The notes: generated by a model not told the origin, from the letters alone. A stretch of DNA of 25,267 nt from a virus (IMGVR_UViG_2684622620_000017:1-25267); one strand, 5' to 3'; counted from the stretch's first letter, positions 16,756-25,267 are shown. Made by a program: numbers and translations.

Positions 16756-17814
16756 ATGAAGAAGAATACCCGCTTTGCTTTTAACGCTTACCTGCAGCAG
16801 CTGGCGCGTCTGAACGGTGTGGCAGTTGAAGAACTGTCCAGCAAGTTCACCGTGGAGCCGTCTGTGCAGCAGACGCTGGAAGACCAGATCCAGCAATCCG
16901 CCGCTTTCCTGACGCTGATTAACGTCACGCCAGTGACCGAGCAGTCTGGTCAGCTGCTGGGGCTGGGTGTTGGCAGCACCATTGCCGGAACCACTGATAC
17001 CACCGCAAAAGAGCGTGAGCCTGTCGATCCGACGCTGATGGTCGATGTGGAATACAAATGCGAGCAGACCAACTTTGACACGGTGCTGACCTACGCGAAG
17101 CTGGACCTGTGGGCGAAGTTTCAGAATTTCCAGGTGCGTATTCGTGACGCGATCGCGAAACGTCAGGCACTGGACCGCATCATGATCGGCTTTAACGGCG
17201 TGAAGCGTGCGAAAACCTCAAACCGTAGCGAAAACCCGCTGCTGCAGGATGTGAATAAAGGCTGGCTGCAGAAAATCCGTGAGGATGCACCGGATCACGT
17301 CATGGGCAGCACCACCACGGGCGGTGAAACCACACCGGGTGCGGTGAAAGTCGGGAAAGGTGGCGAATATGCCAACCTGGACGCCGTGGTGATGGATGCC
17401 GTCAATGAGCTTATCGACGTGGTCTACTAGGACGATGACGATCTGGTGGTGATTTGCGGTCGTGAACTGTTGTCTGACAAGTATTTCCCACTGGTCAACA
17501 AAGAGCAGGAAAACAGTGAAAAACTGGCTGCCGATATGATCATCAGTCAGAAACGCATGGGTGGCCTGCAGGCCGTGCGTGCGCCGTTCTTCCCGCCGAA
17601 TGCACTGCTGATCACCCGTCTGGATAACCTGTCCATCTACTGGCAGGAAGACACCCGCCGCCGTTCAGTTATCGACAACCCGAAACGTGACCGGATTGAA
17701 AACTTTGAATCCGTTAATGAAGCCTATGTGGTTGAGGACTACCGCTGCGCCGCACTGGTGGAAAACATCCAGATTGGTGATTTCAGCGCCGCCGCAGCCG
17801 AAACCGGAGCGTAA
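16756..17814 (+). pseudogene. N: Major capsid protein gene (P2 gpN type) interrupted by an in-frame TAG at 17428-17430
   Basis: ORFs 16756-17430 and 17446-17814 are in the same frame, separated only by TAG (...NELIDVVY*DDDDLVVICGRELL...); combined length of about 352 codons matches the P2 major capsid protein (about 357 aa). Confidence 0.7.
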
Positions 17815-17817
17815 TCC

Positions 17818-18468
17818 ATGAGCCTGAGTCCCGCACGGCAGCATCGCCTGCGCGTTCAGGCTGAACAGGCCGCCCGCGAGGGCGGCAGTGTTCGCCACGC
17901 ATCGGGCTATGACCTGATGCTGCTGCAACTGGCGGAAGACCGCCGCCGTCTCAAGGGCGTTCAGTCCACGGTCAAAAAAGCGGAAATCAAGGTGGAGCTG
18001 CTGCCGAAGTACGCCGCCTGGGCAGAGGGTGTCCTGGCTGCCGGAGGCGCTCAACAGGATGACGTGCTGATGTACGTGATGCTGTGGCGCATTGATGCCG
18101 GAGATTATGCCGGGGCGCTGGAGATCGGGCGTCATGCCCTGCGTCATGGCTGGGTGATGCCGCTGGGTAACCGCAACGTGCAGACCGTGCTGGCAGAGGA
18201 AATGGCAGACGCCGCGCAGAGCGCAATGCTTGCCGCCACCGGCTTTGATGCCGATCTGTTGCTGCAGACGCTGGAGCTGACAGACGGTCTGGATATGCCG
18301 GACCAGTCACGGGCGCGTCTGCATAAAGCGATTGGCGCTGTCCTGAGTGAAAGCAATCCGGCTTCCGCCCTTAATCATCTCAACCATGCGTTACAGCTTG
18401 ATCCCCGCTGTGGCGTGAAAAAAGACAAACAGCAGCTGGAGCGCAGACTGCGCAATGACAGCCGCTGA
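17818..18468 (+). CDS. M: Terminase small (endonuclease) subunit, P2 gpM type
   Basis: 216-aa ORF directly after the capsid gene, as in P2 (O-N-M). Confidence 0.8.
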   Translation: MSLSPARQHRLRVQAEQAAREGGSVRHASGYDLMLLQLAEDRRRLKGVQSTVKKAEIKVELLPKYAAWAEGVLAAGGAQQDDVLMYVMLWRIDAGDYAGALEIGRHALRHGWVMPLGNRNVQTVLAEEMADAAQSAMLAATGFDADLLLQTLELTDGLDMPDQSRARLHKAIGAVLSESNPASALNHLNHALQLDPRCGVKKDKQQLERRLRNDSR

Positions 18469-18563
18469 CAGAACGTGCCCCCGCGCACGGGCGGCACGGG
18501 GTGGCGAAAGGCACTGCCACATCAAAACCCCGTCCACCGCCCTCTATTTCAGGAGAAAGCAGC

Positions 18564-19028
18564 ATGAAGTTTGTTGCGCCAGAACAGGCACCGGAACAGG
18601 CGGAAATCATCAGAAATACGCCGTTCTGGCCTGATGTGGACCTGTCGGAGTTTCGCAGTGTCATGCGCACTGACGGCACGGTGACGCAGCCGCGTTTAAA
18701 GCAGGTTGCGCTGTCGGCAATTTCGGAGGTCAACGCAGAGCTGTATGAGTTTCGCAGACGCCAGCAGATGCTGGGGTATGCCTCGCTGGCAGAGGTTCCG
18801 GCGGAACAGCTGGACGGCAAAAGTGAGCGCATTCATCACTATTTCAACGCGGTTTACTGCTGGGCACGCGCCATGCTCAACGAGCGTTATCAGGACTATG
18901 ACGCCACGGCATCCGGTGTGAAGCGGGGCGAGGAACTGGCGGAAGCAAGCGGTGATTTGTGGCGTGACGCCCGCTGGGCCATCAGCCGGGTGCAGGATGC
19001 GCCGCACTGCACAGTGGAGCTTATCTGA
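18564..19028 (+). CDS. L: Head completion/stabilisation protein, P2 gpL type
   Basis: Start placed at the ATG at 18564, preceded by AGGAG (the longer ORF from 18501 lacks an RBS); stop overlaps the X start. Confidence 0.75.
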   Translation: MKFVAPEQAPEQAEIIRNTPFWPDVDLSEFRSVMRTDGTVTQPRLKQVALSAISEVNAELYEFRRRQQMLGYASLAEVPAEQLDGKSERIHHYFNAVYCWARAMLNERYQDYDATASGVKRGEELAEASGDLWRDARWAISRVQDAPHCTVELI

Positions 19029-19231
19029 TGAAAGTGCGTGCGTATCAGTATGACACGGTGGACGCGCTTTGCTGGCGTCATTACGGGCGCACACAGGGTG
19101 TCACGGAGCAGGTACTGAAGGCAAATCCGGGGCTTGCCGAATACGGCCCCTTTTTACCTCACGGGCTGCAGGTGGAGCTGCCGGACATACCGACAACCAC
19201 CACCGTGCAGACCGTCCAGCTATGGGACTGA
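19028..19231 (+). CDS. X: Tail protein X (P2 gpX type)
   Basis: 67-aa ORF, the same length and position as P2 gpX. Confidence 0.75.
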   Translation: MKVRAYQYDTVDALCWRHYGRTQGVTEQVLKANPGLAEYGPFLPHGLQVELPDIPTTTTVQTVQLWD

Positions 19232-19234
19232 ATT

Positions 19235-19450
19235 ATGACGCTTGAGCGAATCAGCGCCTTTATCACGTATTGCATCGCCGTCGTGCTGGCCTGGCTGGGC
19301 GATTTGTCCATCAAGGATGCCTCAACGCTGGGCGGCCTGATGATTGGTGTGCTGATGCTGGCTATCAACTGGTACTACAAACACAAAGCTTACCAGCTTC
19401 TGCGCGACGGGCAGATCTCGCGGGAGGACTATGAATCCATCAATCGTTAA
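19235..19450 (+). CDS. Holin (small membrane protein)
   Basis: 71-aa protein with hydrophobic helices (ISAFITYCIAVVLAWL, LGGLMIGVLMLAINWYY) and a charged C-terminus, immediately upstream of the lysozyme gene. Confidence 0.7.
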   Translation: MTLERISAFITYCIAVVLAWLGDLSIKDASTLGGLMIGVLMLAINWYYKHKAYQLLRDGQISREDYESINR

Positions 19451-19943
19451 ACGCTGCCTTGTCGGGACCGTGCTGGCTATTGCTGCCACGCTGCCGGGTT
19501 TTCAGCAGCTTCACACCTCCGTGGAGGGGCTGAAACTGATTGCTGATTACGAAGGCTGTCGTCTGCAGCCGTATCAGTGCAGCGCGGGTGTATGGACTGA
19601 CGGCATTGGTAATACATCGGGCGTCATTCCCGGCAAAACAATCACGGAACGACAGGCAGCAGAAGGGCTTATCTCCAACGTGCTGCGTGTGGAGCGGTCA
19701 CTGGAAAGGTGTGTGAAGCAACAGCCACCGCAGAAAGTGTATGACGCGGTGGTGTCATTTGCCTTCAACGTGGGGACAGGTAATGCCTGCAGCTCCACGC
19801 TGGTGAAATTGCTCAATCAGCGGCGCTGGGCGGATGCGTGCCGACAGTTGCCGCGCTGGGTTTATGTAAAAGGTGTGTTTAATCAGGGGCTGGATAACCG
19901 CCGTGCGCGGGAGATGGCCTGGTGTTTACAGGGAGCAAACTGA
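19431..19943 (+). CDS. Endolysin (phage lysozyme, T4-lysozyme-like fold) with hydrophobic N-terminal segment (possible signal-arrest-release domain)
   Basis: 170-aa ORF with GGGAGG RBS; E-x8-C/D...T-type catalytic region (ADYEGCRLQPYQCSAGVWTDGIGNT); N-terminus LVGTVLAIAATLPGF is hydrophobic. Confidence 0.8.
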   Translation: MNPSIVKRCLVGTVLAIAATLPGFQQLHTSVEGLKLIADYEGCRLQPYQCSAGVWTDGIGNTSGVIPGKTITERQAAEGLISNVLRVERSLERCVKQQPPQKVYDAVVSFAFNVGTGNACSSTLVKLLNQRRWADACRQLPRWVYVKGVFNQGLDNRRAREMAWCLQGAN

Positions 19944-19944
19944 A

Positions 19945-20322
19945 ATGAAAAAGAAATTAATCAGCGGGCTGTTTCTGATGTTATGGATGGCGCTGTTAAT
20001 CGCAGCAATGGTGTATCCGCAGGGGATTTTTCCGGTACTGGCAGCGTCCGGCGTTTGGGTTGCCTGTTTGCTGACATGGGCGGTAATTCCGGTAGCACTG
20101 GCTGCGTTAATTAAGAATGGCCCGCTCTGGCAGGAGTTGAGGGCATCTTTGCTGAAGACAATTACCCGAAAAGAAAACGTATTTATCAGCTGGGTGATGC
20201 GATTGCTGATTGTCGTCAGTCTCGCCTGGACGGGGTGGGCTATTACCCTGGTCTTTTATCTACTGACCGTTATTGCCTTCTGGATCACCCGTAATCAGAT
20301 GGCGCAACAGGTAGCAGCATGA
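19945..20322 (+). CDS. lysA: LysA-like membrane protein (lysis timing accessory)
   Basis: Start placed at the ATG at 19945 just after the lysozyme stop; several hydrophobic helices; position as P2 lysA. Confidence 0.65.
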   Translation: MKKKLISGLFLMLWMALLIAAMVYPQGIFPVLAASGVWVACLLTWAVIPVALAALIKNGPLWQELRASLLKTITRKENVFISWVMRLLIVVSLAWTGWAITLVFYLLTVIAFWITRNQMAQQVAA

Positions 20323-20747
20323 ACCGGTTGCTGCTGGTTGTGCTGGCGTTATTACTGGCGGCGCTGGGCTGGCAGACGTGGCGGCTGGCTGATGCCAGCC
20401 AGACCATCAGCACGCAGGCAGACGAGCTGCAGAGCAAAAGCCAGGCACTGGCAAAGAGCAACAGCCAGCTTATCAGCCTGTCCATTCTGACTGAAACCAA
20501 TAACCGGGAGCAGGCGCGGCTCTATGCCGAAGCAGAACAGACCAGCGCACTGCTGAGTCAACGACAACACCGGATCGAGGAACTGAAACGTGAGAACGAG
20601 GATTTACGCCGCTGGGCTGATACTCCTTTGCCTGCTGACATTATCCGGCTGCGGGAACGTCCGACACTCACCGGAGGTGCAGCTTACCGTCAGTGGTTGT
20701 CCGCGAGTGACGCCGTGTCGGCTGGATCAGGCAGCGCCGCGCACTAA
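20319..20747 (+). CDS. lysB: LysB, Rz-like inner-membrane spanin
   Basis: 142-aa protein with N-terminal transmembrane anchor (LLLVVLALLLAALGW) and coiled-coil periplasmic part; ATGA overlap with lysA. Confidence 0.75.
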   Translation: MNRLLLVVLALLLAALGWQTWRLADASQTISTQADELQSKSQALAKSNSQLISLSILTETNNREQARLYAEAEQTSALLSQRQHRIEELKRENEDLRRWADTPLPADIIRLRERPTLTGGAAYRQWLSASDAVSAGSGSAAH

Positions 20748-20880
20748 CGGTGATCTGAACGCGTTGCTGGATGAAACGGAGGCCGCCTGGGCGGTCTGTG
20801 CAGACAAAGTGGACATGATTATTGCGTGTCAGGAGCGAAACAGTGAACAAACCACAATCCCTGCGCCACTCCCTCAATAA
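20590..20880 (+). CDS. lysC: LysC, Rz1-like outer-membrane lipoprotein spanin, encoded in an alternative frame overlapping lysB
   Basis: Signal peptide with lipobox (LLTLSGC), GTG start; embedded in/overlapping the 3' part of lysB as in P2. Confidence 0.65.
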   Translation: MRTRIYAAGLILLCLLTLSGCGNVRHSPEVQLTVSGCPRVTPCRLDQAAPRTNGDLNALLDETEAAWAVCADKVDMIIACQERNSEQTTIPAPLPQ

Positions 20881-21274
20881 AGCAGTGCCTTATGTCCGTA
20901 ATAACCCGGACAAACTGCATCTGTTTGTGGATAACGGTTCGCTGGTTGCCACGGGGGCTAGCTCCATGTCATGGGAGTACCGTTACACCCTCAACGTGGT
21001 GATTGAGGATTTCAGCGGCGACCAGAATCTGCTGATGGCCCCGGTTTTGCTGTGGCTGATGGATAACCAGCCCGATGCCATCAATAACCCGGCGTTACGG
21101 GAAAAGCTATTCACCTTTGAGGTGGATATTCTGCGCAACGATGTCTGTGATATCAGCCTGAACCTGCAACTGACGGAGCGTGTGCTGGTCAGCACTGACG
21201 GCAGTGTGTCGAGTGTTGAAGCGGTAGCGGAACCTGATGCACCTGAAGAAATGTGGACGGTGAAACGTGGCTGA
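20843..21274 (+). CDS. R: Tail completion protein R (P2 gpR type)
   Basis: Start placed at the GTG at 20843, preceded by AGGAG at 20831-20835 (the maximal ORF starts at a TTG at 20822); position between lysis genes and S. Confidence 0.7.
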   Translation: MNKPQSLRHSLNKAVPYVRNNPDKLHLFVDNGSLVATGASSMSWEYRYTLNVVIEDFSGDQNLLMAPVLLWLMDNQPDAINNPALREKLFTFEVDILRNDVCDISLNLQLTERVLVSTDGSVSSVEAVAEPDAPEEMWTVKRG

Positions 21275-21713
21275 ACTGCAGAAGGTGGACGACTGGCTGA
21301 GTGCCTTGCTGGCGAATCTGGAACCAGCCACGAGAAGCCGCATGATGCGTCAGCTGGCGCAGGAACTGCGCCGGACACAGCAGCAGAATATCAGGATGCA
21401 GCGCAATCCAGATGGCAGCAGTTATGAACCGCGCAGGGTAACAGCACGCAGCAAGAAGGGGCGCATCAAACGTCAGATGTTTGCAAAGCTGCGCACCACA
21501 AAATACCTGAAAACTGCCGCCAGCGCCGACTCTGCCAGCGTACAGTTTGAAGGCAAGGTGCAGCGTATTGCCCGTGTTCACCATTACGGCCTGCGTGATC
21601 GCGTCAGTCGCAAAGGACCGGAGGTCCGTTACGCAGAGCGCCGCCTGCTGGGTGTAAATGATGATGTTGAGGCAATGACCCGCGACATGATTCTGCAATG
21701 GCTGGCGGGGTGA
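21267..21713 (+). CDS. S: Tail completion protein S (P2 gpS type)
   Basis: 148-aa ORF with GTG start overlapping the R stop; position before V. Confidence 0.75.
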   Translation: MAELQKVDDWLSALLANLEPATRSRMMRQLAQELRRTQQQNIRMQRNPDGSSYEPRRVTARSKKGRIKRQMFAKLRTTKYLKTAASADSASVQFEGKVQRIARVHHYGLRDRVSRKGPEVRYAERRLLGVNDDVEAMTRDMILQWLAG

Positions 21714-21717
21714 TCTT

Positions 21718-21735
21718 TGTATCAGCACTGATACA
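21718..21735. promoter_or_regulatory. Near-perfect palindrome TTGTATCAGCACTGATACAA containing TGT-N12-ACA; candidate late-activator site for the V-W-J-I-H operon (or a hairpin terminator after S)
   Basis: TGT (21718-21720) - 12 nt - ACA (21733-21735) with 9-bp perfect arms; lies in the S-V intergenic region, but its centre is only about 55 bp from the V ATG, so the promoter geometry is uncertain. Confidence 0.35.
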
Positions 21736-21781
21736 AGTTGCAGCACTGCCGCCTTTCTTCCCCTGATGGCAACCTTTCCCT

Positions 21782-22360
21782 ATGAACGCACAATTAACCG
21801 AAATCATGCGCCTTATCACCAACCTGATCCGCACAGGGGTAGTCACCGAAGTGGACAGGACAAACTGGCTTTGCCGGGTGAAAACGGGCGACCTTGAAAC
21901 TAACTGGATTAACTGGCTGACGCTGCGCGCGGGTAATGCCCGCACATGGTGGAAACCATCAGAAGGTGAGCAGGTGGTGCTGCTGAGTCTGGGCGGCAAT
22001 CTGGAGACTGCCTTTGCGCTGCCCGCTGTCTATTCGAATCAGTTCGCACCACCGTCGACGTCGGCGGACGCCTGCGTGACAGAACATCCTGACGGTGGCT
22101 GGTTTGAATATGAACCCGCCACCGGGCGCTGGTATGTCAGGGGCATCAAATCAATGGTCATTGAGGCCGCTGACAACATCACCATGAAAACCAGTGAGTT
22201 TGTACTGGAGGCTGACCGCACGCGCATTAACAGCGAAGTGGTGATCAATGGTGGCGTTACCCAGGGCGGCGGAGCGATGAGTTCTAACGGGATCGTGGTT
22301 GATGCGCATCAGCATACTGGCGTCCTGAAAGGCGGCGACACAACCGGAGGCCCGGTATGA
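21782..22360 (+). CDS. V: Baseplate central spike protein V (P2 gpV type)
   Basis: 192-aa ORF; Gly-rich C-terminal region (INGGVTQGGGAMSSNGIVVDAHQHTGVLKGGDTTGGP) typical of gpV spikes; first gene of the baseplate block. Confidence 0.8.
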   Translation: MNAQLTEIMRLITNLIRTGVVTEVDRTNWLCRVKTGDLETNWINWLTLRAGNARTWWKPSEGEQVVLLSLGGNLETAFALPAVYSNQFAPPSTSADACVTEHPDGGWFEYEPATGRWYVRGIKSMVIEAADNITMKTSEFVLEADRTRINSEVVINGGVTQGGGAMSSNGIVVDAHQHTGVLKGGDTTGGPV

Positions 22361-22716
22361 CGCTTTATAGCGGGATGAACAATACCAGCGGTAAAGCCAT
22401 TACTGATATTGACCATCTGCGCCAGTCGGTGCGGGACATTTTGCTGACGCCGCAGGGTAGCCGCATTGCCCGTCGGGAATATGGTTCCCTGCTGTCGGCA
22501 CTGATAGACCAGCCACAAAATCCGGCATTACGCCTGCAGGTCATGTCGGCAGTGTATGTGGCGCTGAGTCGCTGGGAGCCACGGATGACGCTGGATTCCA
22601 TCACCATCAACAGCAATTTTGACGGTTCAATGGTGGTGGCGCTGAGCGGGCGGCGTAATAACGGTGTGCCTGTTTCCCTTTCCGTATCAACAGGAGCAGA
22701 GAATGGCAGTGATTGA
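22357..22716 (+). CDS. W: Baseplate wedge protein W (P2 gpW type)
   Basis: 119-aa ORF, ATGA overlap with V; size and position as P2 gpW. Confidence 0.8.
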   Translation: MTLYSGMNNTSGKAITDIDHLRQSVRDILLTPQGSRIARREYGSLLSALIDQPQNPALRLQVMSAVYVALSRWEPRMTLDSITINSNFDGSMVVALSGRRNNGVPVSLSVSTGAENGSD

Positions 22717-23611
22717 CCTTTCGCAGTTGCCTGCGCCGCAGATTGTGGATGTGCCGGACTTTGAGACGCTGCTTGCCGAACGCAAGGCCGAATTTGTTGC
22801 GCTTCATCCGAAAGATGAGCAGGAAGCAGTGATCCGCACGCTGGAACTGGAATCTGAACCCGTCACCAAATTGCTGCAGGAGAACGCTTACCGTGAGTTG
22901 CTTCTGCGCCAGCGCATTAACGAAGCCGCGCAGGCTGTGATGGTGGCTTACGCGATGGGCAGCGATCTTGACCAGCTCGCTGCCAACTACAACGTGAAAC
23001 GCCTGACGGTGACGCCTGCTGATAATGACGCTGTGCCGCCCGTTGCAGCTGTGATGGAAAGCGATGAAGCGTTACGCCTGCGTGTGCCTGCAGCCTTTGA
23101 AGGGCTTTCAGTTGCGGGGCCAACTGCAGCTTATGAATTTCATGCCCGAAGCGCCGACGGTCGGGTGGCGGATGCCAGTGCAACCAGCCCGGCACCTGCA
23201 GAGGTGGTGCTGACTGTCCTTAGCCGCGAAGGCGATGGAACTGCAGAAAAAGACCTGCTGGACGTGGTGGAAAAAGCTCTGAACAGTGAGAACGTCCGCC
23301 CGGTGGCTGACCGTCTTACGGTTCGCAGCGCAGAAATCATCCCGTATCGCGTGGAAGCCACCATTTTTCTCTATCCGGGACCGGAAGCAGAGCCGGTAAT
23401 GGCAGCGGCAAAAGCCAGCCTGCAGAAGTACATTGCCAGTCAGACGCGTCTTGGTCGGGATATTCGCCGTAGCGCCATCTTTGCCGCCCTGCATGTTGAG
23501 GGTGTGCAGCGTGTGGAGCTGGCTTCTCCTCTGGCGGATGTGGTCCTGAACAAAACACAGGCGGCATCATGTACGCAGTGGAGCGTAACCAACGGAGGAA
23601 CGGATGAATAG
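22703..23611 (+). CDS. J: Baseplate assembly protein J (P2 gpJ type)
   Basis: Start at the ATG at 22703, preceded by AGGAG; about 302 aa, the size of P2 gpJ. Confidence 0.8.
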   Translation: MAVIDLSQLPAPQIVDVPDFETLLAERKAEFVALHPKDEQEAVIRTLELESEPVTKLLQENAYRELLLRQRINEAAQAVMVAYAMGSDLDQLAANYNVKRLTVTPADNDAVPPVAAVMESDEALRLRVPAAFEGLSVAGPTAAYEFHARSADGRVADASATSPAPAEVVLTVLSREGDGTAEKDLLDVVEKALNSENVRPVADRLTVRSAEIIPYRVEATIFLYPGPEAEPVMAAAKASLQKYIASQTRLGRDIRRSAIFAALHVEGVQRVELASPLADVVLNKTQAASCTQWSVTNGGTDE

Positions 23612-24209
23612 TCTGCTGCCACCGGGTTCAACTTCACTGGAGCGCCGACTGGCGCAAACCTGTAGCGGGATTTCTGATCTGCAGGTGCCGCTGCGTGACT
23701 TGTGGAATCCGGCTACCTGTCCGGTCAGCTTCCTGCCTTATCTCGCCTGGGCGTTCTCTGTGGATCGCTGGGACGAGGGCTGGACAGAAAGCGTCAAACG
23801 CCAGGTAGTGAAGGATGCTTTTTATATTCATCAGCATAAAGGAACCACCAGTGCCGTGCGGCGGGTGGTGGAACCGTTCGGATTCCTGATCCGCATTATT
23901 GAGTGGTGGCAGACCGGAGAAACACCGGGCACGTTTCGCCTGGATATCGGCGTGCAGGACCAGGGCATCACTGAAAATACCTATCTGGAACTTGAGCGGC
24001 TGATAAGCGATGCCAAACCATGTAGCCGTCACATGATCGGCATGTCCATCAATCTGCAGACCAGCGGTCCGCATTGGGTGGGGGCCGCCAGCTATCTTGG
24101 CGAAGAAATCACGATCTATCCGTATATCAACGAAACAATTATTTCTGGCGGCACCGCGCATGAAGGCGGGGCGGTCCATGTTATTGACACAATGAGAGTG
24201 AATCCATGA
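23604..24209 (+). CDS. I: Baseplate/tail protein I (P2 gpI type)
   Basis: 201-aa ORF with GGAGG RBS, overlapping the J stop; followed by the tail-fibre gene. Confidence 0.8.
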   Translation: MNSLLPPGSTSLERRLAQTCSGISDLQVPLRDLWNPATCPVSFLPYLAWAFSVDRWDEGWTESVKRQVVKDAFYIHQHKGTTSAVRRVVEPFGFLIRIIEWWQTGETPGTFRLDIGVQDQGITENTYLELERLISDAKPCSRHMIGMSINLQTSGPHWVGAASYLGEEITIYPYINETIISGGTAHEGGAVHVIDTMRVNP

Positions 24210-25267
24210 GCACAAAATTTTATACCCTGCTGACGGATATTGGCGCGGCGAAACTTGCCAGCGCCGCCGCGCTCGGTGTGCCGCTAAAAATTACCCATAT
24301 GGCGGTCGGCGATGGCGGCGGAGTATTGCCAACGCCAGACTCAAAGCAGACTGCACTGGTAAATGAGAAACGCCGGGCTGCGCTGAATATGCTCTATATC
24401 GACCCGCAGAACAGCAGCCAGATTATTGCCGAACAGGTGATCCCTGAAAACGAGGGCGGTTGGTGGATACGTGAAGTGGGCTTGTTTGATGAGTCCGGGG
24501 CATTGATTGCCGTGGGCAACTGCCCGGAAAGCTATAAGCCGCAACTGGCTGAAGGTAGCGGGCGCACTCAGACCGTGCGCATGGTGCTGATTACCAGCAG
24601 CACGGACAATATCACCCTGAAAATCGACCCTGCCGTAGTGCTGGCAACCCGCAAGTATGTGGATGACAAGGCACTGGAGCTGAAGGTGTACGCGGATGAT
24701 CAGATGGCAAAACATCTTGCCGCACCGGACCCGCATTCACAGTATGCACCCAAAGAAAGTCCGACGTTTACCGGGACACCCAAAGCGCCAACGCCAGCCG
24801 CAGGGAATAACACCACGCAGATTGCGACCACCGCGTTTGTTCAGGCGGCTCTGACGGCTCTTATTAATGGTGCGCCAGCCACGCTGGACACGCTGAAAGA
24901 AATAGCCGCAGCCATTAACAATGATCCGAAATTCAGTACCACCATTAACAATGCGCTGGCACTGAAAGCGCCGCTGTCGAGTCCGGCACTCACCGGAACG
25001 CCAACCGCACCTACTGCGGCACAGTCGGTCAACAATACACAGATTGCCACCACGGCATTTGTGAAATCGGCGATTGCGGCAATGGTGGGTTCTGCACCTG
25101 CGGCACTGGATACACTGAATGAACTGGCTGCGGCGCTGGGGAATGACCCGAACTTTGCCACGACAATGCTTAATGCGCTGGCAGGTAAACAACCGCTGGA
25201 CAATACGCTGACTAATTTGAGTGGAAAGGATGTAGCTGGTCTTCTCGCATACCTTGGTTTGGGAGAA
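24206..25267 (+). CDS. H: Tail fibre protein H (P2 gpH type), 5' part only; ORF runs off the right edge of the window
   Basis: Open frame from the ATG at 24206 (overlapping the I stop) to the window end (354 codons, no stop); Ala/Thr-rich with repeated TQIATTAFV collar-like motifs typical of P2-family tail fibres. Confidence 0.8.
   Translation, partial: MSTKFYTLLTDIGAAKLASAAALGVPLKITHMAVGDGGGVLPTPDSKQTALVNEKRRAALNMLYIDPQNSSQIIAEQVIPENEGGWWIREVGLFDESGALIAVGNCPESYKPQLAEGSGRTQTVRMVLITSSTDNITLKIDPAVVLATRKYVDDKALELKVYADDQMAKHLAAPDPHSQYAPKESPTFTGTPKAPTPAAGNNTTQIATTAFVQAALTALINGAPATLDTLKEIAAAINNDPKFSTTINNALALKAPLSSPALTGTPTAPTAAQSVNNTQIATTAFVKSAIAAMVGSAPAALDTLNELAAALGNDPNFATTMLNALAGKQPLDNTLTNLSGKDVAGLLAYLGLGE
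24814..25200 (+). repeat. Intragenic tandem duplication (about 74 codons apart) within tail-fibre gene H
   Basis: Protein segments NNTTQIATTAFVQAALTALINGAPATLDTLKEIAAAINNDPKFSTTINNALALKAPL and NNTQIATTAFVKSAIAAMVGSAPAALDTLNELAAALGNDPNFATTMLNALAGKQPL are clearly homologous. Confidence 0.7.

Larger units (their letters stand above)
1..25267. mobile_element. P2/186-family temperate phage (prophage) segment: integration/immunity, replication, accessory loci, packaging/head, lysis and tail/baseplate modules; continues beyond the right edge
   Basis: Syntenic run int-cI-apl-cII-...-A-(accessory)-Q-P-O-N-M-L-X-holin-lysozyme-lysA-lysB-lysC-R-S-V-W-J-I-H characteristic of P2/186-like myoviruses; ORF sizes and motifs fit; frequent ATGA stop/start overlaps. 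Confidence 0.9.

Noticed and set aside
17431-17814. Treating 17446-17814 (122 aa, GTG start) as an independent gene downstream of a 224-aa capsid gene
   Set aside because: It is in the same frame as 16756-17430 with only a TAG between them, and the combined length equals a P2-type major capsid protein; interpreted as one interrupted gene.
20285-20570. Minus-strand ORFs (71 and 72 aa) within the lysA/lysB region
   Set aside because: Antisense to the lysis genes, no RBS, low-complexity translations; lysB and lysC on the plus strand account for the region.
24737-25203. Minus-strand ORFs (151 and 120 aa; also 24341-24736) overlapping tail-fibre gene H
   Set aside because: Antisense to the Ala/Thr-rich tail-fibre frame, which continues open to the window edge and shows repeat structure; Cys/Arg-rich translations are implausible.
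1-25267. Search for CRISPR arrays, tRNA/rRNA genes or an attachment-site core
   Set aside because: No regularly spaced direct repeats, no tRNA-like cloverleaf region and no rRNA-like sequence noticed; the att site would lie left of int, outside the window.

Overview
The window is a near-contiguous segment of a P2/186-family temperate myovirus prophage, running from the integrase (left edge, minus strand) to a truncated tail-fibre gene H (right edge). Gene order is int - [two AT-rich genes] - cI | apl-like - cII - small ORFs - TraR/DksA zinc finger - Dam-like methyltransferase - replication protein A | LexA box - small ORF - DinI-like | acidic ORF (minus) | cos-like motif | large AT-rich ABC-ATPase gene | Q,P (minus) | O,N,M,L,X, holin, lysozyme, lysA, lysB, lysC, R,S,V,W,J,I,H. 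Product calls rest on synteny and on motifs I can read in the translations; no database search was run. Two compositionally foreign, visibly AT-rich islands stand out. (1) A tightly coupled two-gene cassette (342-aa soluble protein plus 226-aa multi-pass membrane protein) sits between cI and int inside the lysogenic transcription unit; I cannot assign it to any family and regard it as the best candidate for an undescribed prophage-encoded exclusion/abortive-infection system. (2) A 778-aa ABC-type ATPase with a central CxxC motif and a C-terminal R-x3-E...H motif, resembling RloC/PrrC anticodon nucleases, lies between a cos-like motif and the portal gene. Other notable points: the CI repressor carries a tandem duplication of its DNA-binding domain; the major capsid gene N has an in-frame TAG; and there are two CTGT-N8-ACAG LexA-box-like palindromes (upstream of a small-ORF/DinI operon and upstream of int). 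No rRNA, tRNA or CRISPR array was seen.
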